Shown: piece by piece, positions 1 to 10,106 of the stretch
How the letters are laid out: each line of letters opens with the position of its first letter
Position numbering within the stretch: the stretch's first letter is position 1
Origin: Leucoraja erinacea
Taxonomy: Eukaryota
Assembly: GCF_028641065.1 (NCBI RefSeq)
Contig: NC_073415.1
Location: 8,866,001 to 8,930,000, forward strand
Length of the DNA stretch: 64,000 bases
Direction: 5' to 3'
Made by a program: the position numbers and the translations under genes
The notes under the pieces: model-generated
Seen by the model: only the letters and a program-made list of their open reading frames with translations
Database searches by the model: none
What the model was told of the DNA's origin: nothing

Positions 1-1159
1 TTTCTGGATTGCTAGTGCCAGTATTATTACTTCTAAACTTCTGTACATCTTAGTGCAGAAACTTTGATAAATGAGTCTTCACAACATCGGATTGATCTTT
101 TTTAACAATCCGGTGAAGTGGTCCTTGCAATATGGATTGAAATGTCTTCCTAGATAGTTACCGGAGATTGTTGAGGCTGGGGCTATCGCAATGTTTAAGA
201 AACATTTAAACATGTACATGAATAGGACAGGTTTAGAAAGATATGGACCAAACGCAGTAAGGTGGGACTAGTATAGATGGGACATGTTGGTCGGTGTGGG
301 CAAGTTGGGCCGAAGGGCCTGTGCCCACACTGTATCACTCTAATAATCTAAACCAACATTCCCAGTGCAGTACTGAAGGAGTTCTGCATCATACACCTGT
401 GCCCTGTACTAATTTAGACACAAAATGCTGGAGTAACTCAGCAGGACAGGCAGTATCTCTGGAGAGAAGGAATGGGTGACGTTTCGGGTCGAGACTCTTC
501 TTCAGATTGAAAGTCACGGGCAAGGGAAATGGGATATAGACGATAATGCAGAGAGATATAGATCAATGAATGAAAGATATGCAAAAAACTTATTTAATGC
601 AAAAATCTTTCCACCCTCGTTCTGTTTAACGTATATAATTTATAGTTACAGAGTGATACTGTGGAAACAGGCCCTTCGGCCCAACTTGCCCACACAGGCC
701 AACATGCCCATCTACACTAGACCCACCTGCCTGCACTTGGTCCATATCCCTTCAAACTTGTCCTATCCATGTACCTACCTGTTACTTAAATGTTGGGATA
801 GTCCCAGCCTCCACTACCTCCTCTGGCAGCTTGTTCCATACACCCTTCACCCTTTGTGTGAAAAAGTTACCCTTCAGATTCCTATTAAATCTTTTCTCCC
901 TCACCTTGAAACTACGTCCTCTGGTGCTCGATTCCCCTACAAGAGATGCATCTGTCATCTACAGATCTATTCCGCTCATGATTTTGTACGAATATAATTT
1001 AGGATCTAATTATAAATTTAGGATTATAAATTGCTGCCTTGCAACTCCTTGTAATTCAGGATCTAAAATTGTACTTACCTGTATTAACCATATACACACA
1101 CACACACACAAACACACAGACACACACACACACCAGGCTTCAGGTTGTATGACTGGACA

Positions 1160-1380
1160 CAGGAGCCTGACGTTGCTGCCGCCCCTTTTGTTACACATCA
1201 GCTTTTGCAACATCAACCTGTCACTCAATACGGGGGCGGGATCACCGCGAGCCCCGCCCTCCGCCCTCTGATTGGCTGAGCCCGCGGGAATACGCGTCAT
1301 ACCTCGACTTGATTGGTCGGCTGGCCTGTCCGTCAGCGGCGGCAGGAGCAGAGCGGGCCTGCGCTCCAGGCCAGGTAAGT
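1160..1380. promoter_or_regulatory. CpG-rich, probably bidirectional promoter with the TMEM205 non-coding first exon (donor after 1374)
   Basis: GC boxes (GGGGCGGG near 1234, CCCCGCCC near 1252), inverted CCAAT boxes ATTGG at 1271 and 1312, CRE half-site TGACG near 1168. Plus-strand donor CCAG|GTAAGT at 1374/1375; minus-strand donor ACAG|GTAAGTAC at 1079/1078. Confidence 0.75.
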
Positions 1381-3449
1381 GATAGCAGCTGCTAGAGCGG
1401 CTGAACGGCCGCCTGGGCCGCCAGCACTGCGTGGCTCCATTGGCTGAGCCCCCGTCTTCAATTTAATCCTCTCAAATCCACCTCCCATCCTCAGTTTATC
1501 CTCTTGCTTCACTAAGTAGACAAGTAAAGTCTACTTTAAAGGGGAAGCACTCCTTTGACAGGGCCAACACCCGTAAAAGGCTCTTCGGCCCGTCAGCTCC
1601 ATGCTAGCCCCCACCCCCTCCAATGGTGGGGTGGGGGAACAATCCCATCATTTCTATTTCCAGAAATAGACTCAACAAAGGGTGTAGGGGGTTACAGGAT
1701 AATGGGGGTCAGGAGGAGGGAGAGATAGATTAGCCGCGATTGAATGGCGGAGTAGACTTGATGGGCCGAATGGCCTAATTCAGGTCGTATCACATGAGCA
1801 TCTCTGGAGAAAAAAGTAATGGATGACTTTTCAGGTCGAGACTTCTTCAGACAGAGTCAGGGCAGAGGGAGACTAGAGATATGGAAGGGTAAGGTGTGAA
1901 AACGACAGATCAAAGCCCTTTGTGTACTGCCGAGGTGACGTCTGCTGTATGATTTTACCAGATTGTGTGCGATGACAAAGGATTTCACTGTACCTGTGAC
2001 AATAATGTATCATTGAATGTGTTGGAAGGAACTGCAGATGCTGCTTTACACTGAAGATAGACACAAAATGCTGGAGTAACTCAGCGGGACGGGCAGCATC
2101 TCTGGAGAGAAGGAATGGGTGACGTTTCAGGTCGAGACCCTTCTTCAGTGTTATTGAATTTATTGAATATTCAACAAAACAACTAGTTATAGGCAAATAG
2201 ATTGTAATAAGACAGACTGAAGGGTCACGACCCGAGACATCACCTATTCCTTTTCTCCAGAGATGCTGCCTGACCCGCTGTTAATCCAGCTTTTTGTGCC
2301 TATCTTCAGAGGAAACAGTGACCAGTGTGCTGGAGTTTATAATCTGGCCAAGATTTATTGAAGGTATTACTGGGCCTTTTTTAGTGTTGTCTACAGTAGT
2401 TTCTAGAATTGTAATCTGAACCCCAAATCACCGGTGTTACTAACGTGTGTGTCAACTCCATTGTCAATAATCAATAGTTCAAGTGAGCAGAGTCTACAGC
2501 TGCCTTTGATCAGTTATTGTTGTCACACTCATGGCATTTCTCACAAGAATTATTGCTTGACATTATATTGACGATATCTGGAGATGGGACTGTTTAACGA
2601 GCCAATGTCTCAAGCGAAGAAATTGAGAATTTTTGTTTAAGATGCTCAGAGCGTTGTTATCTGTGACTCTCAGCCGTATTTGCAATGGAGATTACAGCTT
2701 GTTTGCCTTCAGTTTGAATGTAGTCAGCTGGACGGGGACTGCGTTGGGAAGAGTACACCGGGGGCGTGAGGAGAGGATTCCATTCGGCACGGACAGGCAG
2801 ATTCTCCAGCAGGTAAATTGTGTGGCACCACAGTTAGAAGCTACAGGAAAACCAGCGGAGCAAGGTTGCAGCATTTGGTGAGGCCTGGACACAGGTAGGA
2901 TTGAGTAGGCTTTGGAGAGGGTGCTGACGAGGTTTACCGGAATGCTGCCTGGATTATAGGGTATTTAGCTACAAAGTTGGACAAGTGATGGAGATTATTT
3001 TCTCTGGAATGCAAAGGTTGATCCAACTATATAAAATTATGAGAGGGCAAAGATAGGGTAGACAGTCAGAATCTTTTACCCAAGGTGGAAATGTCATAGA
3101 CTAGATGGCATGGCTTCAAGGAGAAAGGGGCAATGTTTAAATAAAATTAGCAGGACAAGTATTTTGTGCAGAGAGTGGTGAGTACCTGGAACGCGCTGCC
3201 TGGGGTGATGGTGGAGGAGGGTACAGCACAGATATATCACAGAAACATCACAGAAACAGGTCCATCGGCCCACCAAGTCCACGCTGACCAGCAAGCGGCC
3301 ATTAATACACTAACTCTGTCATAACCCTTCATCCTCTGCACAATCCAATCCACTGGGCCCTGCATTGGGAGGGTGCAATGCCGGAGATGGGAAATTCACT
3401 GTTGCATTCATTTTCATTGCAATAAAACAGGGTCTAACCAGCCTGCAGA

Positions 3450-3549
3450 ATGCCAACAGAAGGAGATCCTACTAGCCTGGTCAAAGCCACCCACCTGATC
3501 ATACTGTCCACAACATGGGGCATGCAGATATGGATGTCCTTTGTCTCAG
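3450..3549 (+). CDS. TMEM205: TMEM205 coding exon 1
   Basis: ATG at 3450; donor TCAG|GTAAGG; probable acceptor cag at 3430. Confidence 0.93.
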
Positions 3550-6003
3550 GTAAGGTTAGGGAAAGAATCAGAACTGCTGAGTGTATTAGGGCCACAATTT
3601 TCAAACATTGTGTTTTTAACATTTTCATTATTTTTTTCATTCACTTTAGTTCAGTTTAGTTTATTGTCACATGTACCAAGGTAAAGTGAAAAGCTTTTTG
3701 TTGTGTGCTAACCAGTCAGCGGAAAGACAATGCATGCTTACAATCGAGCCATTTACAGTGTACAGATACAGGATATAGCAATAACGTTGAGACACCAGAA
3801 CCTTTAAATTTTAGATCCATAGTATTTATTACTGACAATTATATAGCTGCAAGATTTGTTTTCTAAATAAATTTACACTATTGAATTAAAGATAAAGGAA
3901 TATCCCAAACATTCAACGTTTATAAGAAGGGCAGCACAGTGGCGGAGCGGTAGAGACCTGCCTTACAGCGCCAGAGACCTGTGTTCCATCCTGACTACAG
4001 GTGCTGTCTGCACGGAGTCTGTACGTTCTCCCCGTGACCTGCGTGGGTTTTCTCCAGGTGCTCCGGTTTCCTCCCACACTCCAAAGATGTGTAGGTTTGT
4101 AGGTTAATTGGCTTCTGTAATTGGTCCGTACCGACCAGTGATCCCCATACATTAGCACTATCCTACACACACTAGGAACAATTTATAATTTTAGCGAGCC
4201 AATTAGCAGACAAACCTGTCTGTCTATTGGAGCTTAGCAGGAAACCGGAGTACCTGGAGAAAACCCACACAGGTTAACTAAGTAAGTAAGTAAGTTTATT
4301 GGCCAAGTATTCACATACAAGGAATTTGCCTTGGTGCTCCGCCCACAAGTAACAACATGACATACAGTGACAGTTACAAATCACTCGAAAAACACTAAAC
4401 ATTAATAATGATAAAACATTAATGATAAAACACCATTGATCAAGCATGTGAACCAACACAATACCAGATCGAAGGGAGGATACAGATTTTTGGCTGTGTG
4501 GGGAGCTGTTTTGACTGTTACGGGGAGAACATACAAACTCCATACAGAGAGCACTCGTAGTCAGGATCGAACCTGGGCCCTTGGTGCTGTGAGGCAGCAT
4601 CTCTACCGCTCAACTCAATATCAATTCTGAATTAATCTGCCTTATCTGTAATAAACAATTAGAGTTTCAGGATATTGAAGGAGTGTATGTTGTCTCCGCA
4701 GGTTTTGTTCTGATTAACACCATCAGCAGGCACACATTCGGCCTGGTGCAGAGCAGCCTGTTTCCCTACTATCTCTACACAGTTCTGGGAGGATCCTTCA
4801 TTAATCTGTCTCTTTATGCCCTCTATCACCCGCAGCAGTTACTCAACAAGGCCGAAACTGTACAGGTAACTCGGATAGAACTCGGGTAACTTAGATAGAG
4901 AGCAATACCCAGGCTCGGTGCATTCACCTTTATCAATTCCTCTCATGATTTTATACATGATTTTAGAGGGGGCAGCATGGTGGCGCAGCGGTAGAGTTAC
5001 TGTCTTACAGTGCCAGAGACCCGGGTTCAATCCTGACTGTGGGTGCTGTCTCCCCGTGACCAGCGTGGGTTTTCTCCAGGATATTAGGTTTCCTTCCACA
5101 CTCCAAAAGACTTCCAGGTTTGTAGATTAATTGGCTTGGAAAAATTGTAAATTGTCCCTAGTGGTGTGTGTAAGATAGTATTAATGTGCGGAAATCACTG
5201 GTCGGTAGACTCAGTGGGTCGAAGGGCCTGTTTCTGCACTGTTTTACTAAACTAAACCAAACACCTCTAAAAGATCACCTCTCAGCCTCCTGCCCTCCAA
5301 GGAATAAAGCCCTAGCCAGCCCAACCTGTCCCTTTAGTTCAACCCCTCGCATCCTGGCAAAAATGGGGTAACATCGAACCAGTGTGAATGGGGCGAAGGA
5401 ACTACAGATGCTGGTTTAAACCGGAGATAAACGCAACAAGATGAAGTAACTCAGCGGGACAGGCAGCATCACTGGAGAGAAGGGATGGGTGACATTTCGG
5501 GTCGAGAAGAAGGTTCTCTTCTCCATTCCTTCTCTCCAGAGATGCTGCCTGTCCCGCTGAGTTACTCCAGCTTTTTGTGTCTATCTTTAGTGTGAATGAG
5601 TGAGTGATTGATGTCGGCAGGGACTTGATGGGCCAAAGGGGTTTCTTGCCGTGCTGTGAATCCAAACTGAACGCTAAAAAATAAAACTGTTTTCTGGCAG
5701 ATCGCATCACTGTTTGTGTGCGTGATCTTCTCTGGTCTCAACGCCCAATGGTTCGGGCAGACCACAGCTGAGGTTATGGTCAAGAAGCATAAGATCGAGC
5801 GGGAGCACGGCCTCGGAGACGAGGTGGGGTTTGGCACCAACATCGAGGGCTACAAGAAGCTGCTTAAGAGCGACGCCAAGTACAGGAGGCTCAGCTCAAG
5901 ATTTAAGAAGTACCACGCCATCAGCATGGTGTGCAACCTCATCTGTGTGTTCTGCAATGGGGTGAATCTCCTCTACACTGCAGGCAACCTGAAGACTATC
6001 TAA
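3450..6003 (+). CDS. TMEM205: Transmembrane protein 205, spliced CDS join(3450..3549,4702..4865,5701..6003), 188 aa
   Basis: Three exons with GT-AG sites and consistent phases (100+164+303 nt). They give MPTEGDPTSLVKATHLIILSTTWGMQIWMSFVSGFVLINTISRHTFGLVQSSLFPYY...IEREHGLGDEVG...FKKYHAISMVCNL, matching recalled TMEM205 motifs (WGMQ.W..F.SGF, RHTFGLVQS.LFP.Y, GLG.EV). Confidence 0.95.
4702..4865 (+). CDS. TMEM205: TMEM205 coding exon 2
   Basis: Acceptor tgtctccgcag, donor CAG|GTAACT; encodes FVLINTISRHTFGLVQSSLFPYY...ETVQ. Confidence 0.93.
4968..5257 (+). mobile_element. tRNA-derived V-SINE (HE1-like)
   Basis: A box TGGCGCAGCGG at 4981, B box GGTTCAATCC at 5024, central GTGGGTTTTCTCC domain, CR1-like tail GAAGGGCCTGTTTC...CTAAACTAAAC. 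Confidence 0.85.
5701..6003 (+). CDS. TMEM205: TMEM205 coding exon 3 (last)
   Basis: Acceptor tttctggcag; encodes IASLFVCVIFSGLNAQWFG...NLKTI then TAA; candidate ATTAAA polyA signal at 6292-6297. Confidence 0.93.
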   Translation: MASLFVCVIFSGLNAQWFGQTTAEVMVKKHKIEREHGLGDEVGFGTNIEGYKKLLKSDAKYRRLSSRFKKYHAISMVCNLICVFCNGVNLLYTAGNLKTI

Positions 6004-6671
6004 ACACCTTCTTCCTTGCCAGTTTCTCCCTGGGGATTGAAGGTCTCTCTGGGGATCACAATCTCTACTTATCTCAACTTTGATCCCAATCTTCTAAAAC
6101 TTACCAAACACCAGCCATCGGGAGGGAAGAGCTGCAGTTCTGAAAGGTTTGTTTGTGTGAGGCAACACCCAACACACAGTGCAAATCAAAGAGGTGCCAG
6201 TCCACTTATCTGTTGTAAACGCCCTGTCTGGATGCATAGCTAACTCTTGTTCCTTCTGTGAGTCTACAGCACTAAAGCCTCTTGATATTGTATTAAATTG
6301 TCAGCCTGCTTTTGTGACATGAACCGGTATTGTAATTTTCTTGAGGAGATACAGGAAACTGCAGAAAAGGACACAAAGTGCTGGAGTAACTCAGTGGTTC
6401 AGGCTGCATGTCTGGAGAACATGGATAGGTGACTTCACTTCATACTGTTTCTACAAGAAACTACATGCAGATGCTGGTTTACAAAGAAAAGGCACAAAGT
6501 GTTGGAGTAACTTGGGTCCCGACATGAAACGTCACCTATCCACACTCACCAGAGGTGCTGCCTGACCCACAAAGTTACTCCAGCACTACTGCAGGCACTG
6601 CTGCCTGGAAGAAATCCTAGGATCCCATAAACAGCTTGACCATATATAGCTGGCTGGTACAGAAGCACTTG

Positions 6672-6990
6672 GGTCAGCACAGTGACACAGCTGGTAGAGC
6701 TGCTGCCTCAGAGTGCCAGAGTCCCGGGTTCAATCCTGACCTCGGGTGCTGTCTGAGTGAAGTTTGCACCTTCTACCTGGGACAGTGTGGGTTTTCTCCG
6801 GGTGCTCCAGGTTCCTACCACATCCCAAAGATGTGTGGGTTAATAGGTTCATTGGACTCTGGAAATTGCCCCTAGTGTGTAGGGAGTGGATGTGAAAATC
6901 ATTGAACTAGTGTGAACGGGTGATCGATAGTCGGCGTGGGCTGGGTGGGGTGAAGGACCTGTTTCCATGTTGTATCTCTAAAGTAAACTA
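6672..6990 (+). mobile_element. V-SINE (HE1-like)
   Basis: Same head, B box, central domain and tail as 4968-5257. Confidence 0.8.
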
Positions 6991-7967
6991 CAGAACAGGG
7001 GAAGTGTGTGCTGAAGAATTCTTTTGAGGTTTCTGTCAATGAACACAATTGGAGCAAAGTATAGAAGCCTTGTATCTTGAGTATGAATCTGAGACACATA
7101 CTGTCAAAGATCTTGGAGCGGAGTAAACGGTACCATCCCTGGGTCTGGGACTACGCAATGCTAACTCACAGCTGCAGAAGCCACACAGTACTTGCTGAAG
7201 CTAAACAAGTTTCTATCGCCAGGGAGTGTCAGCCATCTTGTTACAAGTACAAGCAAAGTTAATTTGCAGCCACAGTTTGGATGGTGTAGTTTAATTTAGT
7301 TTCTTTAGTTTAGTTTAGAGATTTCACAGATTCACCACCCTCTGACTAAATAAAGGTCTGGATACGGTGGATGTGAAGAGGATGTTTCCACTGGTGGAAG
7401 AGTCTAGGACGGTGCAAGGTACAAAGGGTTGACCGATGAGGTTGGAGCAGCCATGCCATCTTTAGTTTAGTTTAGAGATACAGCGCGGAAACAGGCCCTT
7501 CGGCCCACCGAGCCCCAGCCGACCAGCCATCCCCGCACATGAACATTATCCTACACACACACATTAGGACATGTGGGCAAGTTGGACCGAGAATGGCAGA
7601 AGAATGGATTTGAGGGGGAAAAATAGATCAGCCATGATCGAATGGTGAATCAGACCTGATGGGCCGAATGGCCTAATACCTCTCCTATGTCTGCCGGTCT
7701 AAAAGCATTTACATCTTCCAGTTGTTTATATACATAATCACCTCATTGACAAGCCTTTGTTTTCATGCTACCCAGTCAAAGAAATTACTATTCCTGTCGT
7801 TAGCACATCTTCCCCACACAACAATAGGCCATTATGGACTCCACCCTTCCTGAGGTCATCTATTGCTGGCCCTGGTTTGTTCCAAAGATCTTATAGCGAA
7901 TAAGATCTTTGGTTTGTTCTGGCCAAAGATCTGCTATAGGATCTTTGGTTCTGACCTTCTCTATCTT

Positions 7968-8421
7968 GCTCATCTATTGTATCCGCTGCTCTAGGTGTCA
8001 GCTGCTCTACATCGGTGAGACCAAGCGTAGGCTTGGCGATCGCTTCACCCAACACCTCCGCTTGGTCCGCATTAACCAACCTGACCTCCCGGTGGCTCAG
8101 CACTTCAACTCCCCCTCCCATGCCGAATCCGACCTTTCTGTCCTGGGCTTCCTCCATGGCCAGAGCAGAGCAGCACCTCATATTTCGCTTGGGCAGTTTA
8201 CACCCCAGTGGTATGAACATTGACTTCTCTAATTTCAGGTAGTCCCTGCTTTCTCCCTCCTTCTCAGTTCTCCCTCAACCCACTGTATCCGCCTCTTCCT
8301 TTCTTCTTCCTGCCCCCCCACCCTCATATGTCTGAAGAAGGGTCTCGACCCGAAACGTTGCCTATTTCCTTTGCTCCATAGATGCTGCCTGACCCGCTGA
8401 GTTTCTCCAGCATTTTTGTCT
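7968..8421 (+). mobile_element. Penelope-like element 3' fragment (GIY-YIG endonuclease remnant plus pseudo-LTR)
   Basis: [29 protein letters not shown]...VAQHF has the PLE GIY-YIG/CCHH pattern; flanked by the direct repeat ACCTTCTCTATCTT (7954-7967 and 8422-8435). Confidence 0.85.
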
Positions 8422-8766
8422 ACCTTCTCTATCTTTCGGTCTGAAGTAGGGCTCTGACATGAAACCACACAAAATGCTGGAGTAACTCAGCGGGACAATC
8501 TCTGCGTGAAGAAGGGTCTCGACCCGAAACGTCACCCATTCCATCTCTCCAGAGATGCTGCCTGTCCCGCTGAGTTACTCCAGCATTTGGTGTCTACCAG
8601 CATTTGGTGTCTACCGCGGTGTAAACCAGCTTCTGCAGTTCCTTCCTACAAATTCTGATTCAGATTCAGATTCAGATTCAATTTTAATTGTCATTGTCAG
8701 TGTACAGTGACAATGTACAGTGTACCGTGATCTCACGGTCCAGGCAGCCCAAGGGGAGAGAGTAAA

Positions 8767-9160
8767 TTGGAGAAGCAAGGGGAGGGCAAAGGAAAAGGGG
8801 GGGAGAGAGGGAGTGGTAGAGGGGAGAGAGGAAGGGGGGAGGAGGGGGGAGAGGGGAGGGGGGAGGGGGGGGAGGGGAGGGGGATAAAGGGGGGTGGGAG
8901 GAGGGGGGAAAAGGGGGGAGGGGGGAGGGGGGGAGGGAGGGGGGGAGGAGAGGGGGAGGGGGGAGGGGGGAGAGAGAGGGGAAGGGGGGGAGAGAGGGGG
9001 GGGGGGGGGGAAGGGGGGGGAGAGGGGAAGGGGGAGATAGGGGGAGGGAAGGGGGGAGAGAGAGGGGGGAGATAGGGGGAGGGGGGGGGGGGGGGGGAGG
9101 GGGGAGAGAGGGGGAAGGGGGGGGAGAGGGGGGGGATTGGGGGAGGGGATGGGAGGTATA
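8767..9160 (+). repeat. Polypurine G-rich low-complexity tract
   Basis: About 390 nt of almost only G and A, with many runs of 3 or more G. Confidence 0.9.
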
Positions 9161-9169
9161 TGCCCGCCT

Positions 9170-9412
9170 ATCCCGGGGACCACACTCACACAGCTCTGCT
9201 ATAGGATCTTTGCTCACGGCAGCGCCGACTGTGAGGATTGAGCCGGTCAGGTCACAGGTGTTGCAATCGGAAGCGGGGGTGTAATCGAGGGAGCAAGACC
9301 CAGACAAGCGGCGACAGGGAGCCGGCGCTGGGGAACACAAACTCTGCTGGGACCGCCATCCCCGGGAGGGGTGAAGAGAGAGCAGCGAGGATTTTTGTGG
9401 ATTAAGGTGAGT
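9170..9412 (+). promoter_or_regulatory. Probable CRB3 promoter and non-coding first exon
   Basis: CpG-rich unique sequence ending at a strong donor AAG|GTGAGT (9406/9407); E-box CAGGTG at 9255-9260; a G-rich tract lies immediately upstream. Confidence 0.55.
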
Positions 9413-9836
9413 TTGTGCAGAGTCCGTGTCCACTCTGGGCGGCGGCACAAAGGACATTGCCCGGGGGAGGGAGCTCTGGAACCCGCTTTGAAGCTCCAAG
9501 CCTGGGGATTATTTAACGTGGAGGAAGGAACTGTAGACGCTGGGTTTAACCAAAGATAGACACAAAACGCTGGAGTAACACAGCGGGACAGGCAGCGTCT
9601 CTGGAGAGAAGGAATGGGTGACGTTTCGGGTCGAGACCCTTCTTCAGACTTTTTTTTAAGGCGCAGATAGAAAGATTCTTGATTGGTGCAGGTGTGTCAG
9701 AGATTATGGGGAGAAGGCAGGAGAATGGGGGTTGGAGGGAGAGATAGGATCAGGCATGATTGCATGGTGGAGTATTGATGGGCCGAATGGCCTAATTCTG
9801 CTCCTATTACTGGCAATATGCTTTCTCTTTTAATAC

Positions 9837-9995
9837 ATATTTAGAAGGAAATGCTACGGATAAAAATCGGTGGAGCCATATATATATATATAGATATATA
9901 TATATATATATATATAGAGCAAATAAATGTGTATTAATATATATAAATGTAATAAATAGAAATAGACTAATATATGTTATATAGACCATGATCTT

Positions 9996-10031
<36 letters not shown>

Positions 10032-10106
10032 CTATATTTATAACATATTTATAACATATATGTTGGTCTCCACCGACTTTTTTTCCTAGCATTTCCTTCT
10101 AAAATA
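9837..10106. repeat. Foldback/MITE-like element with an AT-rich microsatellite core
   Basis: TTAGAAGGAAATGCTACGGATAAAAATCGGTGGAGCCA (9841-9878) is an imperfect inverted repeat of TGGTCTCCACCGACTTTTTTTCCTAGCATTTCCTTCTAA (10064-10102). Confidence 0.7.

Noticed and set aside
1-150. Coding exon of the divergent upstream gene
   Set aside because: All three minus-strand frames contain stops across the segment and no protein is recognisable
4968-5045. tRNA gene
   Set aside because: A and B boxes are present but continue into a SINE body and LINE-like tail; no full cloverleaf or acceptor stem
8611-9499. Long proline-rich and glycine-rich ORFs (192, 271 and 102 aa)
   Set aside because: They are translations of the G-rich low-complexity tract, with no domain or splice context
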